64,000 nucleotides of DNA, taken from contig JBPOIL010000012.1 of the NCBI GenBank assembly GCA_052034495.1, positions 13,644 to 77,643 on the forward strand, written 5' to 3'. Shown piece by piece: positions 1 through 9,088 of this stretch (its first letter is position 1; each line of letters starts with the position of its first letter). The notes below the pieces were generated by a model. The model searched no databases. It was not told the origin of the DNA and worked only from the letters and a program-made list of their open reading frames with translations. A program made the translations under genes and the position numbers. This DNA comes from Patescibacteria group bacterium. Lineage in GTDB: Bacteria > Patescibacteriota > Saccharimonadia > CAILAD01 > JADZBC01.

Positions 1-1
1 T

Positions 2-2233
2 ACCTTTGGCACCATGGCGGCGCGTAACGCAGTGCGTGATACAGGGCGAGTCTTGGGCATGACGTACGCCGAAGTTGATGCTATCGCCAAGCTCATCCCA
101 GCGCCTGTTCAGGGTAGGCATATCCCACTGGCTAAGTCGATTATTGACGATCAGGATCTGTCGCGCGAATACAATTCCAATCCACGAGCTAAGAACGTGA
201 TCGATGTGGCGATGCAGCTAGAGGGTACGATTCGCAATACTGGTACACATGCTGCCGGTGTAGTAATCGCCCCCGAAGCGCTCGTAGAACGCGTGCCCTT
301 GACCAGGGCGTCTAAGGGCGGTATTGCAACTCAGTATGCCATGGGTCCGGTAGAGGAGCTCGGACTCCTTAAATTCGACTTCTTGGGCTTGTCGAACCTC
401 ACGATCATCAAGAACACCCTTCGTATTATGCGCAGGGTGTACGACGTAGAGATCGATCCCTCCGAGATCCCGCTCGACGATAAAAAAACGTACGAGCTGC
501 TCGCGCATGGGGATACCACCGGGGTATTCCAGTTAGAGTCTTCCGGTATGAAGCGCTACCTGCGCGAGCTCAAGCCCGACCGGTTCGACGACATAATTGC
601 CATGTGTGCATTGTACCGACCAGGTCCGCTCTCTGCGGGGCTGACCGATAGCTTTGTGCGCCGCAAAAACGGGCTCGAAGATGTTACCTACGATCATCCA
701 TCGATGGAGCCGTCGCTCAAGACGACGTATGGCGTGCTCGTCTACCAAGAGCAAGTTATGCAATTCTCTAAAGACGTATGTGGCTTTACGGGTGGCGAGG
801 CCGATACCTTGCGTAAGGCGATTGGTAAGAAGAACATTGAGACGATGACCAAGATGAAGAAGTCGTTCATAGCGGGCGGAGTCTCGCATTCCAAGGTTCC
901 GCAGGATATCATGGAGCGATTCTGGGATCATTTGCTCGGGTTCGCAGATTACTGTTTCAACAAGTCCCACTCGGCCTGTTATGGTTTGATCGCCGTGCAG
1001 ACAGCTTATTTGAAGGCGCACTACCCCGCAGCCTTCATGGCCGCACTTATGACGAGTGACTACGGCAACTTAGACCGGATCGCAATCGAGGTGACGGAGT
1101 GCCGCAAGATGGGCATGGAGCTCTTGCCCCCGGACGTAAATGAGAGCTTCTACGAGTTCGCAGTAGTACCCGGCACTGACAACATTCGGTTTGGCTTGGC
1201 GGCGGTGAAGAACGTAGGTTCTGGTCCGATCGAGGCCATTATTGCCGCGCGCGAAGAGGGCGGCCATTTCAAGTCGGTTGAGGACTTCGCAACGCGAGTT
1301 GAAGCTACCTATGTAAACCGCAAGACCATGGAGAGCCTTATTAAGGCCGGTGCATTTGACAGTATGGGTGACCGTGACACGCTGCTGGCCAACGTTGATA
1401 AAATTACTTCTTACGCAACTCGAGCACAGAAGAACGCCCTGTCTGGCCAGATCGATATATTTGGGTCCATAGGCATGCAGGACGAAATGCCGCCATTACA
1501 GTTTGACGCTCCTTCAACCAAGCCCGACGCCCGTCAACACCTGGTGTGGGAAAAGGAGCTCCTTGGCCTCTACATCTCCTCGCACCCACTCGATGAATAT
1601 GATAATTACCTATACGACCAGACTATGCCGCTCAATAAGCTTGATGCCAGTTTGGAGAACCGCTCGGTTCACATTGGTGGCATTATCACTACCTTCCGCA
1701 AAATCACGACCAAGACAGGATCGAGCATGGCGTTCGTGGGGGTTGAAAGCAAGGACGGGGAAGTAGAGCTGATCGTATTCCCACGCGCCTATGAGCAGTA
1801 TCAGGCAGTCTTGCACGTCGATGCGGTTGTGGAGCTCGAGGGGAAGGTAAGTACGAAAGACAGAGACGGTAAGACGGGCGGTGAGCTGAAGATCCTGATG
1901 GATAAAGTTAAGCCGATAGATATTGAAAAGGCGCGCAAGTGGCTGCCCAAGCCACGAAAAGAGAGCGTCGAGGACGTTGCCCCAATCGCTAGCCACGAAT
2001 TGTTTGTGCATCTGGACGACCTTAAGGACAGTACGCAGCTTATAGCCGTAAAGAAGATACTCGAAGACCACAAAGGTGTTTGCGCAAGCTATTTAGTCCT
2101 CGGTGGAGCGGAAAGGAAGATGATTAAGTTGCCCTACAAGGTTGCCATCAATGACGTCCTGACCAGCCACCTCAATGAGCTGCTCGGTTCGGAGCATATC
2201 GTGGTTAAAGAAAGTGCTGGAGCAATAAAATAA
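2..2233 (+). CDS. dnaE: DNA polymerase III alpha subunit, C-terminal portion; 5' end truncated by the window edge
   Basis: 739-aa ORF open to the window start; Pol III alpha motifs (FDFLGLSNLTII, YGLIAVQTAYLKAHYP) and a C-terminal OB-fold region. Confidence 0.9.
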   Translation, partial: TFGTMAARNAVRDTGRVLGMTYAEVDAIAKLIPAPVQGRHIPLAKSIIDDQDLSREYNSNPRAKNVIDVAMQLEGTIRNTGTHAAGVVIAPEALVERVPLTRASKGGIATQYAMGPVEELGLLKFDFLGLSNLTIIKNTLRIMRRVYDVEIDPSEIPLDDKKTYELLAHGDTTGVFQLESSGMKRYLRELKPDRFDDIIAMCALYRPGPLSAGLTDSFVRRKNGLEDVTYDHPSMEPSLKTTYGVLVYQEQVMQFSKDVCGFTGGEADTLRKAIGKKNIETMTKMKKSFIAGGVSHSKVPQDIMERFWDHLLGFADYCFNKSHSACYGLIAVQTAYLKAHYPAAFMAALMTSDYGNLDRIAIEVTECRKMGMELLPPDVNESFYEFAVVPGTDNIRFGLAAVKNVGSGPIEAIIAAREEGGHFKSVEDFATRVEATYVNRKTMESLIKAGAFDSMGDRDTLLANVDKITSYATRAQKNALSGQIDIFGSIGMQDEMPPLQFDAPSTKPDARQHLVWEKELLGLYISSHPLDEYDNYLYDQTMPLNKLDASLENRSVHIGGIITTFRKITTKTGSSMAFVGVESKDGEVELIVFPRAYEQYQAVLHVDAVVELEGKVSTKDRDGKTGGELKILMDKVKPIDIEKARKWLPKPRKESVEDVAPIASHELFVHLDDLKDSTQLIAVKKILEDHKGVCASYLVLGGAERKMIKLPYKVAINDVLTSHLNELLGSEHIVVKESAGAIK

Positions 2234-2234
2234 C

Positions 2235-2258
2235 AAAACCGCCCGGGTGGGCGGTTTG
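2235..2258 (+). terminator. Rho-independent terminator after dnaE
   Basis: aaaaCCGCCCgggtGGGCGGttt hairpin plus T-run directly after the dnaE stop. Confidence 0.7.
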
Positions 2259-2261
2259 TAG

Positions 2262-2860
2262 ATAATTCCTGTAGGGCGGCGGTGGGGTTGAGCCCACCGC
2301 CGGGACGATGCTTGGGTCCGCGTAAACCCAGGTCGACGTGCCGGTCGACAGAAGCCCTTGCGAGCTCCTCGGGGTACCAGTCTAGTCTCTGCAAAACTGC
2401 AGTGACTATCGTGGCAGCAATCGAGGCCTGGCGGGCCAGCGATTACTCTGCAAATACCGGCGATTTTGCCGGGGTCGAGTTCCATTCGAGGGTCTCAACA
2501 GGTGCCCCTGCAGATTCCAACGAACTTTACCCAGACAGAGCCTGCAGAGCTCCATCTCTAGTGATCGGCGCAGCCATGCTTAACGTCCGTTTATAAATGG
2601 CTGATCACTATGACTTTTTCTTCGGACACCCCGGCTTCCGGGGACTTCTACTTAGCGCGACCTGCGCCTTAATTACCGGTCGCTAGCTTCCTGTAGTAGA
2701 AGGTTGGGCTTTTCGGGATTGGGTGAGAACCCGCGGCTGCCAGCCGCTGGTTTACCCCGCTTCAGCAGGAACTTCAGCGGTGCGGCCGCACCTCCCTAGA
2801 CAAGCTTTTGAGTGAGGGGTATCGACTCCTCCGGTGCATTTCTCAGCTCCGTCGCGACTC
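2262..2860. other. GC-rich, highly structured non-coding island between dnaE and rplS (about 600 nt)
   Basis: No credible ORF in any frame (translations are Arg/Pro/Ser-rich junk). Many perfect hairpins, e.g. GGCGGTGGG-gttgag-CCCACCGCC, GGGTGAGAACCC, GCGGCTG/CAGCCGC and GGTGCGG-cc-GCACC. GC visibly higher than the flanking genes. Confidence 0.3.
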
Positions 2861-2965
2861 ATTCGCATGTCAGAAGCGTATAATATCATAGTATTGATAT
2901 AATGTCAATAGCATTATTGCATATCTATTGCCTAGGTGGCGATAATATGCTAGACTCATAAAGTT

Positions 2966-3589
2966 ATGAACGCTATAGAACTCGTAGAAAAGAAGAATTA
3001 TAAAGCTAAGGTCGCAGACGTACGCCCTGGTGATACCGTTCGCGTACACCAAATGATTCGTGAAGGCAACAAGCAACGCGTTCAGGTATTCGAAGGTGTC
3101 GTGATTCGCCGTAAGAGCATGAACGGCTTGCAGGCCAGCATTACCGTGCGCAAGATTGCATCTGGCGTTGGGGTAGAAAAGACTTGGTTCCTACACTCGC
3201 CAAACGTAGTGAAGATCGAAGTTATGCGACGTGCAAAAGTGCGCCGAGCCTTCCTGGGCTACATGCGTGGACTGCGCGGTAAGTCTGCTCGTATGGCTGA
3301 GCAAGAGTTCGACCGTGCTGCCGCAAACGAAGCTGACGCGCGCACTAATGCTCAGATTGCAGCCGAAGCAGAGGCTGAAGTTGCCGCTGCTGAAACTCCA
3401 GCAGAGAATGCGGGCGAAGACGTAATGCAGCAGGCAGACACCGTTTCGACCGAAGAAGTTGCCAAAGAAGAAGCCAAAGAAGCCAAGCAGGCTGATCCAG
3501 AAAAAGACGTTGCCGCTGCCAGCGACGAATCTGTTGCCGAAAAGGTAGAGGCTGAAGCCGGCGAAGCCAAAGCCGAGCCAAAAGCTTAA
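2966..3589 (+). CDS. rplS: 50S ribosomal protein L19 with a long Ala/Glu-rich C-terminal extension
   Basis: N-terminal ~115 aa match L19 ([28 protein letters not shown]...). Residues ~120-207 are a low-complexity AAEAEAE/KAE tail. Confidence 0.9.
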   Translation: MNAIELVEKKNYKAKVADVRPGDTVRVHQMIREGNKQRVQVFEGVVIRRKSMNGLQASITVRKIASGVGVEKTWFLHSPNVVKIEVMRRAKVRRAFLGYMRGLRGKSARMAEQEFDRAAANEADARTNAQIAAEAEAEVAAAETPAENAGEDVMQQADTVSTEEVAKEEAKEAKQADPEKDVAAASDESVAEKVEAEAGEAKAEPKA

Positions 3590-3605
3590 ACTCAGAACTC
3601 TAACT

Positions 3606-3634
3606 AAAAACCGCCCATATGCAGGGCGGTTTTT
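3606..3634 (+). terminator. Rho-independent terminator after rplS
   Basis: aaaaaCCGCCCatatgcaGGGCGGttttt. Confidence 0.75.
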
Positions 3635-3653
3635 AGTTTGCTATACTCCAACC

Positions 3654-4256
3654 ATGATTTGGGCGAGTTATGATTACGAGATTGCTGCGAGGGGGAAAGG
3701 CTTGAGGCTGATCTCTGGGGCTGACGAAGTTGGCCGCGGCTGTTTGGCCGGTCCTCTCGTGGTTGGGATGGTAGTTTTGCCGCAGGGCTGCCAGCTGCAA
3801 TTGGCAGACTCCAAGCTTTTGAGTGCCAAAAAGCGAACGGCGTTAGCAAGTCTTATAGAACGACAAGCTCTCGCTTGGTCCCTCGGTAAAGTAGAACATA
3901 CAGAGATTGATGAGCTGGGTCTAAGTGCTGCTATCAGGCTCGCCTACGAGCGAGCTCTTGATAGCCTTGGCATAAAGCCTGATAGACTCGTAATTGATGG
4001 CCCGCATAGAATAATCGACCATGACTTCGTGGAGCCAATTGTGAAGGCGGATCAAAAGATTGCTTGCGTGGCGGCCGCTTCAATCATTGCGAAAGTCGCT
4101 AGGGATGAGTGGATGCAGCAGCAATCTAAGCTGTACCCAGGTTACGGTTTTGCCACGAACGTAGGCTACGGTAGCCCCCAGCATTTGGCAGCGCTCAAAG
4201 AATACGGTCCTAGCGCCATTCATCGCAAGAGCTTCAAAGTGAAGAGCCATGGCTAA
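3654..4256 (+). CDS. rnhB: ribonuclease HII
   Basis: DEVGRGCLAGPLVV catalytic motif; conserved rplS-rnhB neighbourhood. Confidence 0.9.
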   Translation: MIWASYDYEIAARGKGLRLISGADEVGRGCLAGPLVVGMVVLPQGCQLQLADSKLLSAKKRTALASLIERQALAWSLGKVEHTEIDELGLSAAIRLAYERALDSLGIKPDRLVIDGPHRIIDHDFVEPIVKADQKIACVAAASIIAKVARDEWMQQQSKLYPGYGFATNVGYGSPQHLAALKEYGPSAIHRKSFKVKSHG

Positions 4257-4611
4257 GAATACCACCGCCATCGGGCTGCGGGCGGAGAAGATAGCCGCCG
4301 ACTATATGCGGGCCCAAGGCTACAAGCTCGTTGCCCGCAATGATCGTACCCGTTTTGCGGAGCTTGATTTGATTTTGGCTAATCGTGAGAATATTGTGTT
4401 TGTTGAAGTGAAGTATCGTGTGCACGCTGAATATGGCGGTGGGGCCGGTGCAATTACTGTTGATAAGCTGCGGCGCCTGCGAAACGCAGCAGAAGTTTGG
4501 CTGGCAGAACATCGGGGGTATGATTCCTTACAGCCAAGGGTTGATCTGGTCTCAATTCAAGGCGATCTAGAATCTCCCCAAGTTGAGCACATAGAGAACA
4601 TCACAGATTGA
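4249..4611 (+). CDS. yraN: YraN-family (UPF0102) endonuclease
   Basis: 120 aa, IVFVEVKYR motif; overlaps the rnhB stop, a typical rnhB-yraN pair. Confidence 0.75.
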   Translation: MAKNTTAIGLRAEKIAADYMRAQGYKLVARNDRTRFAELDLILANRENIVFVEVKYRVHAEYGGGAGAITVDKLRRLRNAAEVWLAEHRGYDSLQPRVDLVSIQGDLESPQVEHIENITD

Positions 4612-4625
4612 CAACCTAGCTGTAA

Positions 4626-4635
4626 TTGGGTAGAA
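4626..4635 (+). promoter_or_regulatory. extended -10 promoter (TGgGTAGAAT) of the nusA leader
   Basis: TGn plus TAGAAT about 90 nt upstream of the nusA ATG. Confidence 0.4.
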
Positions 4636-4663
4636 TGGATTTATTCTGATAGTCATTACTACA

Positions 4664-4688
4664 GTCGGCACCTTGGCCGGCTTTTTTT
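4664..4688 (+). terminator. intrinsic terminator/attenuator inside the nusA 5' leader
   Basis: gtCGGCaccttgGCCGgc hairpin followed by seven T residues. It lies between the putative promoter and the nusA RBS (AAAGGAAAC). Confidence 0.45.
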
Positions 4689-4723
4689 GACCACAATTCA
4701 GCTACTAACAGAAAGGAAACATC

Positions 4724-5869
4724 ATGAATACACAGTTTATTTCAGCAATCGAACAGATTTGCGACGAAAAGGGTTTAAGCAAAGAGATTGTCCTCGAAGC
4801 AGTTGAACAGGCATTGGCCGCTGCATACAAAAAAGATTACGGCGATCGCGATCAAGAAGTACGCGTGCAGCTCGATGAGGAGACTGGCGCTCCACGTATC
4901 TTCCTGAGCAAGGAAGTTGTAGAGGAAGTCGAGAATCCGTTCATGCAGATCAGCTTAAGCGATGCCCAGAAGCACAAAAAAGGCGCTAAGCTCGAAGACG
5001 TAATTGAGTACGAAGAGGACAACAAGGACTTTGGTCGAGTTGCCGCTCAGACTGCTAAGCAGGTGATCGTACAGCGTATCCGCGAAGCCGAACGCGAAGT
5101 TGTGTTCGCAGAGTATAGCGACAAAGAGGGCGTGATCTTGAACGCAGTCGTACAGCGCGTGGAAGGCAATAACGTGTTTGTCGACCTCGGTAAGGCCTCG
5201 GGAATTATGTTCCCAGCAGAGCAGATTCGTGGTGAACACTATTACCCTGGACAGCGCTTGAAGGTGTTTATTGTACGTGTTGAACAGACTGCTCGTGGCC
5301 CACAGATTGTGGTTAGCCGCTCGCATCCAGATATGATTCGCCAACTGTTCGAAATGGAAGTACCAGAAATTGAAGCCGGAACCGTAGAGATTGTCGGCAT
5401 CGCTCGTGAAGGCGGAGCAAGAACTAAGATCGCCGTTCGGTCAAACGCTGATGGTGTAGACGCGGTAGGTACGTTTGTAGGTGGACGCGGCGCTCGCGTT
5501 CAGGCTGTAATGGCAGACCTGGGTGAGGAAAAGATCGACATCATTCCTTACAGCGAGAATGTAGAGGAGTTCATTGCATCTGCACTTAGTCCTACAAAGG
5601 TGTTGAGCGTCACGCTCGACGAAGCAGAAAAGAAAGCCGTGGTACGTGTGCCGGAAGACCAGCTGTCCCTCGCTATTGGTCGTCAGGGGCAGAACGTGCG
5701 CTTGGCAGCTAAGCTCACCGGTTGGAACGTTGATATCGACGGCGCCGACGAGTCTGGCGTAGAGGCCACTGCCGAAGCAGCTGCAGACGTGGCCGCTCCA
5801 GAATCTGCTCCAGTTCAGGATGAAGCCGCTTCAGAAGTCTCAGACGCATCCGCAGAACCACAGGCATAA
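4724..5869 (+). CDS. nusA: transcription termination/antitermination factor NusA
   Basis: N-terminal NusA domain, S1 and KH regions, acidic C-terminal tail. Confidence 0.9.
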   Translation: MNTQFISAIEQICDEKGLSKEIVLEAVEQALAAAYKKDYGDRDQEVRVQLDEETGAPRIFLSKEVVEEVENPFMQISLSDAQKHKKGAKLEDVIEYEEDNKDFGRVAAQTAKQVIVQRIREAEREVVFAEYSDKEGVILNAVVQRVEGNNVFVDLGKASGIMFPAEQIRGEHYYPGQRLKVFIVRVEQTARGPQIVVSRSHPDMIRQLFEMEVPEIEAGTVEIVGIAREGGARTKIAVRSNADGVDAVGTFVGGRGARVQAVMADLGEEKIDIIPYSENVEEFIASALSPTKVLSVTLDEAEKKAVVRVPEDQLSLAIGRQGQNVRLAAKLTGWNVDIDGADESGVEATAEAAADVAAPESAPVQDEAASEVSDASAEPQA

Positions 5870-5906
5870 ATTAGCACTGTCAAGCCCTGAGTGCTAATTC
5901 CAGGTT

Positions 5907-5936
5907 AAAACCGTACGTTTTTTGTACGGTTTTTTG
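5907..5936 (+). terminator. Rho-independent terminator after nusA
   Basis: aaaACCGTACGttttttGTACGGTtttttt. Confidence 0.75.
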
Positions 5937-5946
5937 GTTGGTGATA

Positions 5947-5955
5947 TGCTATAAT
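5947..5955 (+). promoter_or_regulatory. extended -10 promoter (TGcTATAAT) upstream of clpC
   Basis: TGn-TATAAT 20 nt upstream of the ATG, with RBS AAGGGAG in between. Confidence 0.5.
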
Positions 5956-5975
5956 GTATATAGTAATAAGGGAGT

Positions 5976-8459
5976 GTGCAGATGTCTCCAGAATTTGATC
6001 GATTTACCGAGAATGCCAAGCGGAGCTTACAGAATGCCGGCGAGCTCGCTATGGGCATGGGCGCTGCCTACGTGGGGACAGAGCATCTTCTGCTTGGGGT
6101 GCTGAAGCAGCAAACGTCGATTGGTTCGAAGATACTTACCGACATGGGGGTCTCGCTTGACCGATTAAACCTAAGTACCGTTCCGAACCTCCAGGCGGGA
6201 GTTGGCGCGTCTACGCCCCAGGCCCTAAGTGCTACGGCTCGTAAAACAATCACCCTGGCTCTTCGCGTAGCTCAGGAGTATGGTCAGCCATACGCTGGTA
6301 CTGAACACCTGCTATTTGCCATCCTAGGTCAAGATAACGCCCGGGCGAACGTATTGCTGCGCGGCATAAAGGTCGACCCTACAGACGTGCGCGGTGAGCT
6401 AGAAAACTATCTGAATGCACAATCATATGCATACGAAGAGCAGGCCACTCGCCAGTCGGGCCGTAAGGGCAAGGGCAGCAAGACACCTACGCTGGATCAC
6501 TTTGGAATAGATCTGACAGCTCGTGCAGCAGCAGCCGAGCTCGATCCTGTGGTTGGGCGTGAAAAGCAGATTGACCGTATGGTTTCGATCCTCAACCGAC
6601 GTAGTAAGAATAATCCAGTCCTGATCGGCGAACCGGGCGTAGGAAAGACGGCGATTGTCGAGGGCTTGGCCCAGCGAATCGTGAATGATGATGTACCAGA
6701 GATGCTGTCCGATAAGCGTATTGTCATGCTTGATATGGCGAGTGTTATTGCCGGGACTAAATATCGAGGCGAGTTTGAGGAGCGACTCAAGAAGCTTATA
6801 GACGAAGCCAAGGCACATGCAGAAGTAATCCTATTTATTGACGAGCTGCATACCGTGGTTGGTGCCGGCTCTGCTGAAGGCGCAATTGATGCTGCTAATA
6901 TCCTTAAACCTGCCTTGGCACGTGGTGAAGTACAAACGATTGGCGCAACTACTCTAGAGGAATACCGTAAGCATATCGAAAAGGATACTGCGCTCGAGCG
7001 CCGCTTCCAGCCAGTTATCGTGCCTGAAACTACGGTCGAGGAAACAATCGATGTGCTAAAAGGCCTCCGCGGCCACTACGAGGAGTTTCATAAGGTCGAA
7101 ATATCGGACGAGGCAATCGAAGACGCATCAAAACTTGCTTCGCGCTACATTGCAGACCGGTTCATGCCAGACAAGGCAATTGATTTGATTGATGAGGCGG
7201 CTTCGCTTGCTCGAATTCGTAAAGGGGGAACTAGTAAACGATTAAAGGATTTGCAGACGAGGCTGTCGAATACGATGGAGCAAATAGATGAGGCGGTTTA
7301 CAACCAAGACTTCGAGTATGCCGCTCGCTTGAAATCCGAAGCAAGCATCCTCGAGCAGAAAATTTCGACCCAGCTGTCCAAGGACGAAAAGCAGGCCAAG
7401 ATAGTAATAAGCTCAGAAGACATTGCGGCAGTAGTGAACCAAATGACAGGGGTTCCTCTATCTAAGTTGATAAAGACAGAGTCTGAGAGCTTGGTGAAGC
7501 TAGAAAAGACACTACAGCGCAGGATTATTGGTCAGAAGGAGGCAGTTACTGCCGTGGCACACGCCATTCGTAGATCGCGCACGGGGATAGCTGACATTAA
7601 TCGACCGATTGGATCATTCATCTTCCTTGGTCCTACCGGTGTGGGAAAGACCGAACTTGCTCGCACCTTGGCCGAAGAGGTGTTTCATGACAAAGATGCG
7701 CTCATTAAAGTTGATATGAGCGAGTTCATGGAGCGACACAACGTGGCGCGGCTCGTTGGTGCACCAGCCGGCTACGTTGGTTATGATGACGGAGGCCAGC
7801 TAACCGAAAAGGTTCGACGTAAGCCATATAGCTTGATTCTGTTCGATGAAATCGAGAAGGCCCACCCTGAAGTTTTCAATATGCTTTTGCAAGTTCTCGA
7901 GGATGGCTTTTTGACTGACGCCAAGGGTCGTAAGGTGGACTTCCGTAATACGATCATCATCATGACATCCAACGTGGGTGCAAAACTCTTACACCAAGAG
8001 GCAGTGCTCGGCTTTGCTACCGACACCTTGGCTGAAGAAAAGAAGCTTGACGCTATGCATGAACGGATGGAAAAGACGATTCATTCGGAGTTGAAAAAGG
8101 CGTTTAGGCCAGAGTTTTTGAACAGGATAGACCACATCGTTATATTCCGAGCGTTATCTAAGATTGATGTTCGTTCGATTGTTGATTTGCAGTTGAACAA
8201 TTTGGCCCAACGACTTTTGGGCAAAGGGGTAGGCATTAAGTTCTCCCGCAATCTGAAGGATTTGCTAATCGACAAGGGTTACGATGTGGAGCAAGGTGCC
8301 CGTCCGCTCAGGCGAGCAATCCAAAGATTAGTAGAGGATAGGCTGGCTCTTGATATGCTTGAAGGCAAGCTGAGCGCAGGGGGTAATATAAAGGTGTCCG
8401 CAAAGGCAGGCCAAGTGCATGTGGAGACGCTTGATCAGCCCCAGCTAGCTTCAAAATGA
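5976..8459 (+). CDS. clpC: ATP-dependent Clp protease ATP-binding subunit ClpC (class III AAA+ chaperone)
   Basis: Double Clp_N repeat; two Walker A motifs ([16 protein letters not shown]); short middle domain; 827 aa. Confidence 0.9.
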   Translation: MQMSPEFDRFTENAKRSLQNAGELAMGMGAAYVGTEHLLLGVLKQQTSIGSKILTDMGVSLDRLNLSTVPNLQAGVGASTPQALSATARKTITLALRVAQEYGQPYAGTEHLLFAILGQDNARANVLLRGIKVDPTDVRGELENYLNAQSYAYEEQATRQSGRKGKGSKTPTLDHFGIDLTARAAAAELDPVVGREKQIDRMVSILNRRSKNNPVLIGEPGVGKTAIVEGLAQRIVNDDVPEMLSDKRIVMLDMASVIAGTKYRGEFEERLKKLIDEAKAHAEVILFIDELHTVVGAGSAEGAIDAANILKPALARGEVQTIGATTLEEYRKHIEKDTALERRFQPVIVPETTVEETIDVLKGLRGHYEEFHKVEISDEAIEDASKLASRYIADRFMPDKAIDLIDEAASLARIRKGGTSKRLKDLQTRLSNTMEQIDEAVYNQDFEYAARLKSEASILEQKISTQLSKDEKQAKIVISSEDIAAVVNQMTGVPLSKLIKTESESLVKLEKTLQRRIIGQKEAVTAVAHAIRRSRTGIADINRPIGSFIFLGPTGVGKTELARTLAEEVFHDKDALIKVDMSEFMERHNVARLVGAPAGYVGYDDGGQLTEKVRRKPYSLILFDEIEKAHPEVFNMLLQVLEDGFLTDAKGRKVDFRNTIIIMTSNVGAKLLHQEAVLGFATDTLAEEKKLDAMHERMEKTIHSELKKAFRPEFLNRIDHIVIFRALSKIDVRSIVDLQLNNLAQRLLGKGVGIKFSRNLKDLLIDKGYDVEQGARPLRRAIQRLVEDRLALDMLEGKLSAGGNIKVSAKAGQVHVETLDQPQLASK

Positions 8460-9052
8460 AGATAGCCGTAGATATTGACGAGGTGTTGGCTCGAGGCTTG
8501 GCGACCTACTTGAACTACTTTAACTCTAGCTATGGGACAAGCTTTATGGAAGAAGACTTCACCCCAAGTAAGGGCTTTTGGGAAGTTCTTGGAGTTGCTC
8601 ATACTGACATTACAGAGGTGGAGCGTCATTATAGGGCGAGCCATCACTCCAAGGATTGGCTGCTGGTTCCTGGAGCACAGGATGCCATCGCCCGCCTTAC
8701 GCAGGACAATGAGCTTGTGATTATCTCTAACCGCCAGTCAGAAGGCCACGAACCGACTCGTGTATGGCTCAAGCGGAACTTTGGCTCGGCTTTTAGCCAG
8801 GTGATATTCACTGAAGCTGAAAGGGTGGGTGACAAAAAGCCTAGTAAGGCGGAGATATGTAAGCGTATTGGCGCCGACGTGCTGATCGAAGACGAAGTAA
8901 AAGAGGTTGCGGCTTGTGTAGACCAGGGCGTGCCGGTGATACTTTTTGACACACGGCTTAATCAGGATATTCAAGGCAAGAATGTTTACAGGGTGTATAG
9001 TTGGAGCGAAGCACTTGAAGTTATGGAATCCTTTGCCCTAAGTAGGAAATAG
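8456..9052 (+). CDS. HAD-superfamily 5'(3')-deoxyribonucleotidase-like protein (NT5C/YorS family)
   Basis: N-terminal IAVDIDEVL (DxDxV HAD motif I), ~198 aa; overlaps the clpC stop (ATGA). Confidence 0.55.
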   Translation: MKIAVDIDEVLARGLATYLNYFNSSYGTSFMEEDFTPSKGFWEVLGVAHTDITEVERHYRASHHSKDWLLVPGAQDAIARLTQDNELVIISNRQSEGHEPTRVWLKRNFGSAFSQVIFTEAERVGDKKPSKAEICKRIGADVLIEDEVKEVAACVDQGVPVILFDTRLNQDIQGKNVYRVYSWSEALEVMESFALSRK

Positions 9053-9088
9053 TTTGTTCGTACTATATTCGCATGATATACTTGAGTC

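Noticed and set aside
218-2485. Numerous antisense or out-of-frame ORFs inside dnaE and the dnaE-rplS spacer (e.g. 533-1021, 1610-2071, 2093-2485, 2282-2596)
   Set aside because: They are fully embedded in the dnaE coding sequence or the GC-rich non-coding island. Their translations are low-complexity (Arg/Pro/Ser-rich) with no motifs, typical of spurious ORFs in GC-rich frames.
2262-2860. tmRNA (ssrA) or RNase P RNA in the dnaE-rplS spacer
   Set aside because: I looked for GGGG...UUCGACG 5' and GGUUCGAnUCC...CCA 3' tRNA-like elements, a tag reading frame ending in ...LAA-stop, and RNase P CR-I/CR-IV (AGGAAAGUCCGGGCUCC, ACAGAANCCGGCUUA) on both strands. Only fragmentary matches (GGTCGACG, ACAGAAGCC, GGTGCGG..GCACC) were found, in the wrong order or spacing.
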